From contig CAWBKB010000003.1 in assembly GCA_963789265.1 (NCBI GenBank), positions 640,001-704,000 of the forward strand: DNA of 64,000 nucleotides. Reading direction: 5' to 3'. The position numbers were made by a program, and so were the translations under genes. Of the stretch, positions 49,441 through 59,976 are shown piece by piece. Position 1 is the stretch's first letter. Every line of letters begins with the position of its first letter. The notes under the pieces are model-generated. The model did not search any database, was not told the origin of the DNA, and saw only the letters and a program-made list of their open reading frames with translations. The stretch is from an uncultured delta proteobacterium (GTDB lineage Bacteria; Desulfobacterota; Desulfomonilia; Desulfomonilales; Desulfomonilaceae).

Positions 49441-50374
49441 TCAATACAACTTGAGCCTTAAAACCGCCCGTTCATCAAGCCTTGTTATTCCTGCGCTCCT
49501 GGCTGATTCAAGCGCTAATGCATATTCCTCGCGGCTCACGGAGCGATTGACATCAGGCTGTTCAAACGCTCTGCCGCAAGGTCTGTATTGGTTCATCACA
49601 TTTACATATGTGTTGGTCGAGATTTGCCGGGCGAGAAACTCCATCGTCTCACGAGTCCCGGATAGACCGTTCGGCATGACGAGATGACGGACGAGAAGCC
49701 CTCCTGTGGCCAGAACCCCGATCGCTGACAAGAAGGTCTCCGACCTGCCTGTGCATCTCTCTGACGGCATTTTTCACTACATCGGGGTAGTCGGGTGCCT
49801 CCATCAGTCGCATGCTGGTATCTGCATCCATGAACTTGATGTCGGGCATGTAGATGTCAACCACACCATCCAGCAACCGTAGAGTCTCCAGGGAGTCGTA
49901 TCCGCCGGTATTGTAAACCAGCGGTACGTGCAAACCGTTTTGCGCGGCTGCATATACGGCTTCTAAGATTTGAGGGACCTGATGGGAAGGTGTGACAAAA
50001 TTTATGTTGTGGCACCCGGAATGCTGTAATCCGAGCATGACCTTCGCCAGGGTCAAGCTGTCCATGACCTGACCTTCCATCAGGTGGCTGATTTCGTAAT
50101 TCTGGCAGAATATGCACTTCAAATTGCACGACGTAAGGAAGATGGTGCCCGATCCACCCGATCCCACCAGCGGCGCTTCTTCCCCAAAATGAGGACCGGC
50201 AGATGACATCATCGCCACAGCGCCCACACCGCAGAACCCCGTCTGACCCTCAAGCCTGTTGACTTGGCATTTTCGAGGGCACACGCGACATTCACGCAGC
50301 ATCTCCTGTGCTTGCTGGATCTTTTCCGCGAAAAGACCTTCCTTTAGAGTCCTGAGATATATCGGTTCCGACAT
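49441..50374 (-). CDS. Radical SAM protein, PflX-like (frameshift near 49715)
   Basis: CRVCPRKC, CNLKCIFCQN, HNINFVTP; RHLVMP..NVMNQYRP in the next frame. Confidence 0.88.
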
Positions 50375-50451
50375 AAATATGTCCTCTTTTTGATTATTCC
50401 AACAGGATAATTTCTTCTTGCGATCAGGACAGAACTATCCAAAAGCAGTAT

Positions 50452-51204
50452 CTATGACTCTCTTTCATAGGTCACAGACTGTAGATACAAGCCGTGAGGA
50501 GGGGCGGCAGGACCGGAGCGTGAGCGGTCGCAATACCTTAAAACAGCCTCGAACTCAGGCACGCTCACCTTTCCTGCGCCTACCTGCACCAGCGTGCCCA
50601 CAATAGACCGGACCATATATCTGAGAAATCCGGTGCCGCAAATAGTGAAGCATATTAAGCCCAGGGCCTCGTCTCGCGACCATCCGGCCTCCATCATGCG
50701 GCGAACAGTTGAGGGTGTGCCGTCGGTGAGAGATCCAAAAGTCGAGAAGTCGTGAGTCCCGATCAGGTATTCAGATGCCCGATCCATGGCCGCGAGATCC
50801 AATTCGTACGGAACATGCCAGGAATAGAGTCTACTCAAAGGGCTACGAAGCGGGAAGTTCAGAATTTTGTACAGGTAAGTCTTGGAATGAGCCGAATGCC
50901 TCGCGTGAAAGTCTTCAGATACCGGCCCCAGCCTGCGGACGATAATATCCGGCGGCAGCAGGGCATTACAGCCTTTTTTCAGCTCTTCCACAGGTCGCGA
51001 CCAATTTGCCGAAAAATGCGCTACCTGACCCAAGGCATGCACACCCGCGTCGGTACGTCCCGAGCCGTGCACACGAGTCGGGGTCCCCAATATCCTCCCC
51101 AGCGCGCTTTCTATGCTCCCCTGAACGGTAGGTATGGCCTTTTGTAGCTGCCAGCCGTGGTACGCGGTTCCATCATATTCCACAACGGCCATGAACTTTG
51201 TCAT
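50452..51204 (-). CDS. truA: tRNA pseudouridine(38-40) synthase
   Basis: YDGT.YHGWQ, GRTDAGVHA, FLRYMVR. Confidence 0.96.
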   Translation of the reverse strand: MTKFMAVVEYDGTAYHGWQLQKAIPTVQGSIESALGRILGTPTRVHGSGRTDAGVHALGQVAHFSANWSRPVEELKKGCNALLPPDIIVRRLGPVSEDFHARHSAHSKTYLYKILNFPLRSPLSRLYSWHVPYELDLAAMDRASEYLIGTHDFSTFGSLTDGTPSTVRRMMEAGWSRDEALGLICFTICGTGFLRYMVRSIVGTLVQVGAGKVSVPEFEAVLRYCDRSRSGPAAPPHGLYLQSVTYERES

Positions 51205-51249
51205 TTGTTTGGTGCAAGACAGATGAGTTTCGAACCCAGTGGGGCTTAG

Positions 51250-51618
51250 TACTCCTTTTCAGAAGTACGGTCTCGTATTCTGGTACCAGAGCCGTCATTC
51301 CCGCGTAGGCGGTCCCGAGAGACGCGGGATGCCGGTTGTTCGCGAAACGCCGGCAGGGAGAAAGTGTCTCAAAACTATTTTGATGGCCAGAATCGTGCCA
51401 CGATTCAGGCTCATTCGTATAGTCGTCGCCCTCACCCCAACCCTCTCCCAGAGGGAGAGGGAGCAGATCCAGAGCAGTTTTGCACTTCCCTCGCCCTCTG
51501 GGAGAGGGACACAGGGTGAGGGATTCGTGCTACGATTCCGACCGCTTCATTGTTTTTGAGACAGTTTCGGGACGCCGGCGCTACCGTGCAATTGGCTCCG
51601 TAATTATGAAAAGCTGTA
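51250..51618. mobile_element. MITE, family A copy 3, with a nested insertion
   Basis: TIRs TACTCCTTTTCAGAAGTACG / TACAGCTTTTCATAATTACG; colinear with 3338-3510. Confidence 0.78.
51360..51568. mobile_element. 209-bp MITE with 15-bp TIRs and a GGGA target-site duplication
   Basis: GAAAGTGTCTCAAAA ... TTTTGAGACAGTTTC (14/15). GGGA at 51356-51359 and 51569-51572. The empty site is seen at 3373-3395. Confidence 0.85.
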
Positions 51619-51727
51619 CTCAGGCCTCCTAATGTTCTGCTTCCGGCAGATCTTCCACCCAGGGGAAATCAAGCCGGGAATTACAATAATCGGCTGTTAG
51701 GAGGCCACTTTCTGGAGATCTCTAATA

Positions 51728-52312
51728 CTATGCCACCTTTTCCGCGAATACTTCTGCAATCCTTAGGAAATACCGATGAAGCCGATCGTCACCGGTCAGC
51801 TCCGGATGAAAAGAGGTGGCCATGTGAAGGCCGTCGCGAACCGCTACTATTCTGCCGTCGCGAAGCCGACACAGCACTTCCACCTTGGACCCTACTTCAC
51901 TAATAACAGGGGCCCGTATAAAAACCCCTCGGAACGGCCCATCGTCGAGTCCCTGTATTTCGAGATCTTCCTCGAAGCTGTCCACTTGGCGGCCGAATGC
52001 ATTCCGCTGGACCACCATATCCATGATACCCAAGATAGGTTGAGGCATACCCACGTCGCGCGCCATGAACACGAGCCCTGCGCAGGTCCCCCACATCGGC
52101 ATGGATCCCGCCATAAGTTTCAGAGGGTTCAGCAATCCGTAGCGGTCGGCCAGTTTACCTATAGTGGTGCTTTCGCCCCCCGGCACAATGAGTCCGTCTA
52201 AGTTTTCCAAATCGTGGGGCAAGCGGACCTCCCGGACGCTCACGCCCAGATCTGTCAAAACCGTGCAATGCTCCTCAAAATCTCCCTGAAGAGCGAGTAC
52301 TCCTATCCTCAT
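51728..52312 (-). CDS. pdxT: PLP synthase glutaminase subunit
   Basis: GVLALQG, PGGESTT, GTCAG, RNAFGRQ, FHPE. Confidence 0.97.
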   Translation of the reverse strand: MRIGVLALQGDFEEHCTVLTDLGVSVREVRLPHDLENLDGLIVPGGESTTIGKLADRYGLLNPLKLMAGSMPMWGTCAGLVFMARDVGMPQPILGIMDMVVQRNAFGRQVDSFEEDLEIQGLDDGPFRGVFIRAPVISEVGSKVEVLCRLRDGRIVAVRDGLHMATSFHPELTGDDRLHRYFLRIAEVFAEKVA

Positions 52313-52319
52313 CGTCCGT

Positions 52320-53201
52320 TCACCATCCTCTGGCGGCGAGGCGGGCGTTTTCCGGCAATTCGGTTACTCCGATTCCCACCATTGCCTCTCCCAGGCCTTT
52401 GCTCACTTCCGCGAGGATCTTGGGATCGCTGAAATGGGTTACCGCCTCTACAATTGCTTTGCCCCGGAGCGCAGGGTTTCCGCTCTTGAAAATTCCCGAT
52501 CCGACGAAAACACCATCCACCCCTAATTGCATCATCATTGCCGCGTCTGCCGGCGTCGCGACGCCGCCTGCTGCGAAGTTGACCACCGGCAATCGCCCCT
52601 GCTCGGCAGTCACTTTGACCAATTCATAGGGGGCTCCGATTTCTTTTGAATAAGCCATAAGCTCGTCGCTCCTCATGCCGTGCAGGCGACGAATCTCACC
52701 CATGACTGTCCTGGCATGACGAACCGCTTCGACGACGTCACCGGTGCCCGCTTCGCCTTTCGTGCGAATCATTGCGGCTCCTTCACCAATCCGCCTCAGT
52801 GCCTCGCCGAGATTTCTGCATCCGCAAACAAAGGGAACTTTGAAGAGCTTCTTGTCAATGTGATGCTCCTCGTCCGCAGGGGTGAGGACTTCGCTTTCGT
52901 CTATGTAATCCACGCCTATAGCTTCCAGTATTTGCGCTTCTACGAAATGGCCTATTCGGCATTTTGCCATCACAGGTATGGTAACCGCATCCATGATCTC
53001 AAGTATCAGACCCGGATCGCTCATACGGGCTACACCGCCGTGAGCCCGAATATCAGCGGGCACTCTCTCCAGTGCCATGACGGCACAAGCCCCGGCCTTT
53101 TCCGCAATCCGCGCATGTTCCGGAGTGACCACATCCATTATGACTCCGCCCTTGAGCATTTGGGCATGACCACGTTTAAGGGTTTCCGTACCTGTTTCCA
53201 T
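52320..53201 (-). CDS. pdxS: PLP synthase lyase subunit
   Basis: [30 protein letters not shown]. Confidence 0.98.
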   Translation of the reverse strand: METGTETLKRGHAQMLKGGVIMDVVTPEHARIAEKAGACAVMALERVPADIRAHGGVARMSDPGLILEIMDAVTIPVMAKCRIGHFVEAQILEAIGVDYIDESEVLTPADEEHHIDKKLFKVPFVCGCRNLGEALRRIGEGAAMIRTKGEAGTGDVVEAVRHARTVMGEIRRLHGMRSDELMAYSKEIGAPYELVKVTAEQGRLPVVNFAAGGVATPADAAMMMQLGVDGVFVGSGIFKSGNPALRGKAIVEAVTHFSDPKILAEVSKGLGEAMVGIGVTELPENARLAARGW

Positions 53202-53435
53202 CTATTTTCTCCCGAGTTTTCTGGATTGTGCCCGATCCACCGTCTAAAGGTGGCCCCCAAATGAGTTATTATATCACGTTGACCGGATAAACGAAGAGAT
53301 GTTTACGGGAATTGCAAACATTCAATTACATATTACCGGAAATCGGAAATTTTCAACGATTCCTTCAGTAGGATCTTCTATTCCTGTCCAGAACTCGGTG
53401 GCTGTGGTATCTGCGTACCCTTTCAGTTATCCGGG

Positions 53436-53530
53436 GTCATTGCCAGTCCCGAGAAGCACGGCAAAGCGATCTCATTTCTGGAGAGCGTCCGGAACCGAGA
53501 TTGCTTCGTCGCTTCGCTCCTCGCAATGAC
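53436..53530. repeat. GTCATTGC...GCAATGAC palindromic repeat pair
   Basis: GTCATTGCCAG..AAAGCGATCTC ... GAGATTGCTTCGTCGCTTCGCTCCTCGCAATGAC; same family as 233-305. Confidence 0.7.
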
Positions 53531-53576
53531 AATTTCCCCTTCGTATGTGAATGGCTACGCATCCGTCGGTTTTGAC

Positions 53577-53605
53577 TTGACAGCTTTCGGAGGGAGTGCT
53601 TTAAT
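53577..53605 (+). promoter_or_regulatory. Sigma-70 promoter of the rplU operon
   Basis: TTGACA-N17-TTTAAT, about 30 bp upstream of rplU. Confidence 0.6.
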
Positions 53606-53633
53606 AACGCGTTATTGTGCAGGAGGCCATAAA

Positions 53634-53987
53634 ATGTACGCCATAGTCCAAACCGGCGGAAAGCAATACAAGGTCGAGACCGGGGAACAGGTTAAAGTCG
53701 AAAAACTCGTGGGCGAACCCGGCTCGGAGATCGAATTGGACAAGGTGCTCGCTGTCGCGACACCCGAGGGCTTCAGCCTTGGAAAACCGCTACTCGATGA
53801 CACCCGCGTGAAGGCTACCATTGTGCGGACCGCTCGTGACCGGAAAATTGTCGTCTTCAAGAAGAAACGTCGCCATGGGTATCATAAGAAACAAGGGCAT
53901 CGCCAATGGTACACGCTTCTCCGGATCGACGCAATCCAACTCCCGTCCGTAGCGCAGGAGCCGGCCCAGCCGATTGCCGAAGCATGA
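53634..53987 (+). CDS. rplU: 50S ribosomal protein L21
   Basis: MYAIVQTGGKQYKV..GHRQ; AGGAGG RBS. Confidence 0.97.
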   Translation: MYAIVQTGGKQYKVETGEQVKVEKLVGEPGSEIELDKVLAVATPEGFSLGKPLLDDTRVKATIVRTARDRKIVVFKKKRRHGYHKKQGHRQWYTLLRIDAIQLPSVAQEPAQPIAEA

Positions 53988-54109
53988 TGACTGGAAGGAT
54001 TGAGACAAAATCGAGGCTGCGTTGTCGAAACCTACTGTCGGCAACCAAAATCAACGGCCTCTGCGCAAACCAATAAAGACTCGTACCCCATTGAACAGGA
54101 GGAGGAACA

Positions 54110-54368
54110 ATGGCCCACAAGAAAGCAGGAGGAAGCTCTCGGAACGGACGAGACAGTCCGGGACAGCGGCTCGGGGTCAAGCGTTTCGCGGGCCAAAAAG
54201 TGCGGGCCGGAAGCATCCTCGTGAGACAGAAGGGTACAAGCATACATCCGGGTGAAAACGTCGGAATGGGGCGGGATTATACGCTATTCGCCAAAATAGA
54301 CGGGGTAGTCAAGTACCGAGAGGAAAGATCGCACCAGAAAGCAAGTAACCATACTTCCCGCCGACTGA
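54110..54368 (+). CDS. rpmA: 50S ribosomal protein L27 (extra base near 54317)
   Basis: [16 protein letters not shown]. Removing one C gives the ending [17 protein letters not shown]. Confidence 0.95.
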
Positions 54369-54547
54369 CTACGCTCATCCCCTGACCACTATGTCCGGTC
54401 AGGGGTGAGATTTACCTCTGGGATCTGCAACATCTTGGGCAGCGCGAGATTTCCAGCAAACAGACAGCAGTGGCACTCGATCCCAGGCCGTTACTCAGCA
54501 TCACCTATCGGCTCCATTTCCGCTCTCACCTCATCGCGTGAAACATC

Positions 54548-55561
54548 GTGAAGTTCGTAGATCAAGCCCGTATTACCGTAATTTCCGGAAAGGGGGGTAA
54601 TGGATGCCTCAGTTTTCGTCGGGAGGCGTTTGTACCCAAGGGTGGACCGGACGGAGGCGACGGCGGAAAAGGCGGCGATGTGTTCGTTCAGGCGTCCCTT
54701 TCGCTCAATACTCTATTGGATTGCCAATACCAGCAGCTCTATAAAGCGCGCAAGGGGACTCACGGCATGGGGAACAACCGGCACGGTCGATCCGCGCCGG
54801 ATCTAATCATTAAAGTCCCTGTCGGAACCATTATTATGGACGAAGACACAGACGAACGTGTAGCCGATCTCGATAGCGCGGGCAGCAAGGTCCTGGTTGC
54901 ACGAGGCGGACGCGGAGGCAGAGGAAATGCGCGGTTTGCATCATCCCGAAATCGCGCTCCCCGACGCTTCGAGGAGGGAGGGCCCGCTGAAGAAAGGGTC
55001 TTACGGCTTGAATTGAAGCTCATTGCCGATGTCGGGCTGGTGGGATTGCCCAACAGCGGTAAATCGACACTCGTTTCTAGCGTCAGCAACGCTCGACCGA
55101 AAATAGCAGACTACCCTTTCACAACGAAAGTTCCGGCCTTGGGAGTGGTCCGAATCGGGGACGGCGTTGATTTCGTTATGGCAGACATTCCCGGCCTTAT
55201 TCGAGACGCACACAAGGGCGCGGGAATGGGTGATCAATTTCTGCGACATATCGAACGCACAAGAATTCTGCTGCATCTCATCGATCCCTCCCCCGAGTTG
55301 ACTCCTCCGGCGGAGGAGAGATTTTCGATCATCATGGCTGAGCTTGCTTCGTACAGCAAGGGTCTGCTACAAACCCCCATGATCGCGGTGATCACCAAAA
55401 TGGATCTGCCGGAAAATCAGGTAGCGGCCAAGGAGTTGAGGCCGACTTTAGAGCAAAGAGGTCTCCCCGTACATGAGATTTCAGCGGTGACCGGCCATGG
55501 CGTGAAGCGCCTGTTGCGACACGCCGCGCAATTGTTGAAACAGACCGGTGAAGTGCCATGA
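54548..55561 (+). CDS. obgE: GTPase Obg
   Basis: FVDQ..GGPDGGDGG, GLPNSGKS, ADYPFTT, DIPG. Confidence 0.97.
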   Translation: MKFVDQARITVISGKGGNGCLSFRREAFVPKGGPDGGDGGKGGDVFVQASLSLNTLLDCQYQQLYKARKGTHGMGNNRHGRSAPDLIIKVPVGTIIMDEDTDERVADLDSAGSKVLVARGGRGGRGNARFASSRNRAPRRFEEGGPAEERVLRLELKLIADVGLVGLPNSGKSTLVSSVSNARPKIADYPFTTKVPALGVVRIGDGVDFVMADIPGLIRDAHKGAGMGDQFLRHIERTRILLHLIDPSPELTPPAEERFSIIMAELASYSKGLLQTPMIAVITKMDLPENQVAAKELRPTLEQRGLPVHEISAVTGHGVKRLLRHAAQLLKQTGEVP

Positions 55562-56697
55562 AAGAGGCGGCGGCAAGAAAAGAAATATTTTCCTTTGTTA
55601 ACCGCGTGGTCCTGAAGCTGGGTTCCAGTGTGGTCACAACACCGCAGGGCCTTGACCATGCGACGATAAAGGGAATCGCCGACGACGTCAGCCATTACAA
55701 GAATCTTGGAAAAGAGTTCATTATTGTGTCCTCAGGAGCTATAGCAGCGGGTGTAAGGCGCCTGAAACTACCCGAAGGGGCTCGGACCATACCCCAAAAA
55801 CAGGCTGCAGCTTCCGTGGGACAGAGTCGGCTCATGGCCGCGTATGAGGCCGCGTTCGGGCGCCACGGGATACGTGTGGGCCAAATGCTCCTTACAAGAG
55901 ATGATCTTTCCCACAGGCGGCGATATCTGAACGCGCGTAACACGTTGACGACGCTTCTTTCCTGGGGAGCGGTACCTATCATAAATGAGAACGATACGGT
56001 AATGGTTGAAGAGATCCGATTCGGTGACAATGATAATCTTTCAGCTCTCGTGGCAACTCTCGCCGATGCGGATCTGCTGTTGACCCTGACGGATATGGAA
56101 GGATTCATGGATTGCGATCCCCGCCTCAATCCGAACGCTTGCATCATTCCGCTCGTGGAAGAAATTACTCCCGAGATTAGAAGACTGGCGGGAGACACGG
56201 CATCAATGGTAGGACGTGGCGGAATGGCCTCCAAGTTGGATGCTGCCGCTAAAGTAAGAGTATCCGGCATCCCCATGATTATAGCTGGGGGAAAGATACC
56301 CAAAGTCATTCGACGAACAATGGAAGCCGAGAAGTGCGGCACTCTCATCATGCCTGCAAAGGAAAAAATTTCAGCCCGCAAGCACTGGATTCGCTACAAT
56401 CTGGAACCCGAAGGGGCTCTCACCATAGACGCCGGCGCAACCAAGGCTATAACTTTGTTAGGCAAGAGCCTCCTCCCTATAGGTGTTACGGAAGTCAAAG
56501 GGCACTTCAGGCACGGAGCCGCAGTAACCGTCTGCAACCCGCAAGGAGATAAGGTCGCAATAGGGCTGGTCAATTACGCCTCAGATGAAATGAAAAAGAT
56601 CATGGGGCGCCAAACCGCCGAAATCGACTGGATCCTGGGATACAGACGCAACGACGAGGCCGTTCATGCGGACAATCTTGTCCTCTTGGACAAGTGA
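55558..56697 (+). CDS. proB: Glutamate 5-kinase
   Basis: KLGSS, VSSGAI, INENDTV, FGDND, C-terminal PUA domain. Confidence 0.97.
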   Translation: MKEAAARKEIFSFVNRVVLKLGSSVVTTPQGLDHATIKGIADDVSHYKNLGKEFIIVSSGAIAAGVRRLKLPEGARTIPQKQAAASVGQSRLMAAYEAAFGRHGIRVGQMLLTRDDLSHRRRYLNARNTLTTLLSWGAVPIINENDTVMVEEIRFGDNDNLSALVATLADADLLLTLTDMEGFMDCDPRLNPNACIIPLVEEITPEIRRLAGDTASMVGRGGMASKLDAAAKVRVSGIPMIIAGGKIPKVIRRTMEAEKCGTLIMPAKEKISARKHWIRYNLEPEGALTIDAGATKAITLLGKSLLPIGVTEVKGHFRHGAAVTVCNPQGDKVAIGLVNYASDEMKKIMGRQTAEIDWILGYRRNDEAVHADNLVLLDK

Positions 56698-56758
56698 GGC
56701 GGTAATCTTTCAGTTATGCCAGGGACTTGCATGGTCCTAGTCGCCGCGAGGAGTGAAT

Positions 56759-56960
56759 GGTGGGACAGTCCCGCGAGGGCGCGAGACACTCTGTCCATTG
56801 TGGATGACGGGCAAACCCGCGTCCCGCGCGGGGCATCCCAACTGGGAAAGAGGCCCATCCAACGGATCAAATTGCACTCCTTACTATCTGGCTCGTGGCG
56901 CCGACTTTCCAGTCTGCGGTTTCTCATCTCAGATTTGGCGGACTGGAAAGTCCGCCCCAC
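56759..56960. repeat. Cluster of GTGG-type REP doublets
   Basis: GGTGGGACAGTCCCGCGAGG...; GTGGCGCCGACTTTCCAGTCTGC ... GCGGACTGGAAAGTCCGCCCCAC. Confidence 0.7.
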
Positions 56961-57027
56961 GGCACAATGACAGTCGTTTACCGCTCGTGACTGAAAGATT
57001 ACGTGAGACAGGCTTTTTAATAGCAAA

Positions 57028-57192
57028 CTACGTCAACTCCATTTTCAAACTTTTCCCCAGCGCAAGAGCCGCCTTCTCCAAGGTCTGTAGAGTCACAGAG
57101 ACGTTAGCGGGGTCTAGAAGCCTATCGAGTACACTGCGGCTGGTGCGCATTTTTTCAGCCATCACGGATTTTGATAGTTTCGCCCGCCTCAT
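57028..57192 (-). pseudogene. Truncated XRE-family HTH antitoxin-like gene
   Basis: Manual translation: MRRAKLSKSVMAEKMRTSRSVLDRLLDPANVSVTLQTLEKAALALGKSLKMELT*. Appears to lack the usual N-terminal part. Confidence 0.7.
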
Positions 57193-57320
57193 TTCCACTT
57201 TGAACCCCTTTTTCCAAGCAAGCCGGCCGAATCACAACCTTGACATTTTTCAGGCGATGCATAAGTGAAAACCGACTCTGGAAACGGAAAAGGACCGACA
57301 ATCAGAGAGGAGGACATAGA

Positions 57321-57782
57321 ATGTTTCGATGGAGAATTGGCACTGATCCCACTTGGCGCGAACTGGATCGGCTTCAAAGGAGCATGGACGAATTATTCAA
57401 TGCCGTGTCAGGGGCCAGGAGGCCATTAATGAACCCCTTGTGGCGCGAAACCCAGATCTTCCCGCACTTAAATGTAAGAGAATTGGACCACTCGTTCGTT
57501 GTGACCGCGGAGATCCCGGGAATGAAGACAGAAGACCTCGAGATCAAGATCGAAGGCGATACGCTCACATTAAAAGGCGAACGCAAGCCCCACGACAGTA
57601 GCGAAGAGGCAAGTTATCACCGCCGCGAAAGGGCCACCGGGGTTTTTCAGAGAAGCTTGACGCTTCCTAATAAAGTTGATGCCGAGAACGTCGATGCAAC
57701 CTATAAGAACGGTATTCTTACAGTAACGCTGCAAAAGGAAAAGGCCGCGATGCCGAGGCAGATCGCTGTCAAAGCCGAATGA
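57321..57782 (+). CDS. Hsp20/alpha-crystallin small heat-shock protein
   Basis: AEIPG, YHRRER..G.FQRS..LP, ATYKNGIL; GAGGAGG RBS. Confidence 0.95.
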   Translation: MFRWRIGTDPTWRELDRLQRSMDELFNAVSGARRPLMNPLWRETQIFPHLNVRELDHSFVVTAEIPGMKTEDLEIKIEGDTLTLKGERKPHDSSEEASYHRRERATGVFQRSLTLPNKVDAENVDATYKNGILTVTLQKEKAAMPRQIAVKAE

Positions 57783-57814
57783 GCAATTGACTCTTTGCGT
57801 AAGGAGGAAAGCAC

Positions 57815-58217
57815 ATGGCGGACCAGGAGATTCAGGCCACGCAAAAACAGCAGGTAGCACCCCCTGAGGGAGAATTCACCAGAGAAGGCACGTACCTTTG
57901 TCCCGGCAGTGGATATTTACGACAACAGCACGGAACTGGTGCTTTTGGCCGACATGCCGGGAGTAGAGACAGGGGGAGTAGAGATTGACCTCAAAGACGA
58001 CATTCTGACAATTTTGGGAAAGGTTCATGATGAAGGCGGTCAAGGGCAGCCGATTCTATCAGAGTACCGAGTAGGTAATTATTTTCGCACCTTTCGTCTC
58101 ACGGAAGTCGTTGATCAGAGCAAAATAACTGCTGCCATGGCCGACGGTGTACTCAAGCTCACGATGCCTAAGGTTGAAAAAGCCGTTCCGCGTAAGATCC
58201 CGATTACTGTGAGTTGA
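57815..58217 (+). CDS. Second Hsp20 (frameshift near 57897)
   Basis: AGGAGG RBS plus ATG at 57815; PAVDIYD..ADMPGV..DGVLKLTMPK. Confidence 0.92.
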
Positions 58218-58236
58218 GAGCCTTTGGATTTAGAAA

Positions 58237-58268
58237 GGGAGCTTGTCAGGTAGACAGCTCCCTATTTG
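58237..58268 (+). terminator. Probable intrinsic terminator after the hsp20 pair
   Basis: GGGAGCTTGTC-AGGTA-GACAGCTCCC-TATTT. Confidence 0.5.
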
Positions 58269-58427
58269 TCCTCAAAGAAAGCTTCGCGGATCCAATAGGC
58301 CACTACGCGATCCTCGCTCAACTGCGTTACACAATTCTGTCGGCATTCAGAATTTAGTTAATGTCGACCTTGACAGGCCCCTGTCAATGCGGACATATTA
58401 TTAGAAAAGAAAAGTGAGGGTTATCAC

Positions 58428-58952
58428 ATGCCAGTACGATCCATTGTGGTCGTCCCGCATGAGGCTTTGAGCAGCAAGGCAGCAGAGGTGGCCAATATTA
58501 CCGAGCAAGTTAGAAGGCTCGCTCTTGATATGGCCGAGACTATGTACAAAGCCCCTGGTGTGGGGCTGGCCGCCAACCAGGTAGGTGAGTTGCTTCGGCT
58601 CATCGTGATCGACGCGCTCTATGCATACTCGGAGCCCAAGGAAAGAAAGAAGGAACCCCTTTTTGTGATCAATCCAACGATTAGCTCCTGCGAAGGCGAG
58701 GCATTGAGGGAAGAAGGCTGTCTGAGCGTTCCCGACTTCGACCTTGAGGTTACACGAGCGGCTTGCGTCAAGGTGGAGGGAGTAGACTTGGACGGGAAAC
58801 CGTTGAAGATAGAGGCCGAAGGATTCCTCGCCCGAGTGCTGCAACATGAGATCGACCACCTTAACGGAACCACTCTCTTAGATCATGCTTCCCCGCTAAA
58901 ACGGAACCTTTATCGAAGACGGCTCAAGAAGAAGGCCAGGAGGGATCATTGA
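58428..58952 (+). CDS. def: Peptide deformylase
   Basis: GVGLAANQ, EGCLS, QHEIDH. Confidence 0.97.
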   Translation: MPVRSIVVVPHEALSSKAAEVANITEQVRRLALDMAETMYKAPGVGLAANQVGELLRLIVIDALYAYSEPKERKKEPLFVINPTISSCEGEALREEGCLSVPDFDLEVTRAACVKVEGVDLDGKPLKIEAEGFLARVLQHEIDHLNGTTLLDHASPLKRNLYRRRLKKKARRDH

Positions 58953-59881
58953 ATCTCAGGGTGGTCTTCATGGGATCTCCCGAATTCGCAGTTCCCACCT
59001 TGCATGAGCTGAATCGGCATTTTCGCGTTAGCGGCGTTGTCACTCAACCCGATAAACCCAAGGGTCGGGGACTGAGAACCGTCCCCGCCGCGGTGAAACT
59101 GACGGCCCTGGAATTAGGGTTGCCTGTAGTCCAGCCGACCGACTTTTCTTCTTCGGAACTTCGGGCTGCCCTTGAACAGTGGAAACCTGACGTGATAGTG
59201 GTTGCGGCCTACGGAAAGATTCTCCCGTCACGTATACTTTCCCTCCCCCCGATGGGATGCGTGAATCTGCACGCCTCACTTCTGCCCCGTCATCGAGGGG
59301 CCTCACCGATAAGCGCAGCCATACTTGCTGGTGACAAGGTCACCGGGGTTTGTACTATCCTCATGGATCATGGCATGGACACGGGAGATGTTCTTCTCCA
59401 AAAGCAAATTGTCATCCTCGAGGATGATACAACGGGAACCCTGCATGACAGATTAATGGTCGCGGGTGCCGATTTGGTGGTGGAGACTCTGAAACGTATG
59501 GCCGAACACCGTATTCAAGGCTCTCCGCAGAATGGTGGGAACGCAACTTATACGCGTCTTCTTTCAAAAGAAGACGGCCGGATACAATGGGACCGAGACG
59601 CAGTCTATCTCGCCCGTCTGGTCAGAGCTATGAATCCTTGGCCGGGAGCTTTCTTCGAACTCGAGGGCGAAACAATTAAAATCTGGGAAGCAGCGGCATT
59701 GGAGGGAACCCAAAAGGCGGGGTCTATTGTTGCCGTTAGGCCTGAAGGGATATTGGTGGGGACAGGTAAGGGGATGCTTCTATTGAGCCTTGTTCAGGCA
59801 CCTGGAAGAAAACGTGTTACCGGGGGTGAGTTTGCACGCGGGCGGCATCTCCAACCGGGCGACGGTCTCAACGATTTCTAG
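58949..59881 (+). CDS. fmt: Methionyl-tRNA formyltransferase
   Basis: VFMGSPEFA, VVTQPD, NLHASLLP. Confidence 0.96.
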   Translation: MNLRVVFMGSPEFAVPTLHELNRHFRVSGVVTQPDKPKGRGLRTVPAAVKLTALELGLPVVQPTDFSSSELRAALEQWKPDVIVVAAYGKILPSRILSLPPMGCVNLHASLLPRHRGASPISAAILAGDKVTGVCTILMDHGMDTGDVLLQKQIVILEDDTTGTLHDRLMVAGADLVVETLKRMAEHRIQGSPQNGGNATYTRLLSKEDGRIQWDRDAVYLARLVRAMNPWPGAFFELEGETIKIWEAAALEGTQKAGSIVAVRPEGILVGTGKGMLLLSLVQAPGRKRVTGGEFARGRHLQPGDGLNDF

Positions 59882-59976
59882 AGTAATGCATACTGCGAAG
59901 CGAATTGCTCGTATCAACTTAGGTGAAGCTCGCGAACATCCGAAACTCTTTTGAGGAAGATCAAAGGGGATACAAT

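Noticed and set aside
51239..51559. ORFs inside repeat clusters (also 47454-47837, 56753-57268, 62457-62792)
   Set aside because: They are translations of REP/MITE sequence, not credible proteins.
57200..57320. CIRCE/HrcA operator upstream of the hsp20 pair
   Set aside because: No TTAGCACTC-N9-GAGTGCTAA match was seen.
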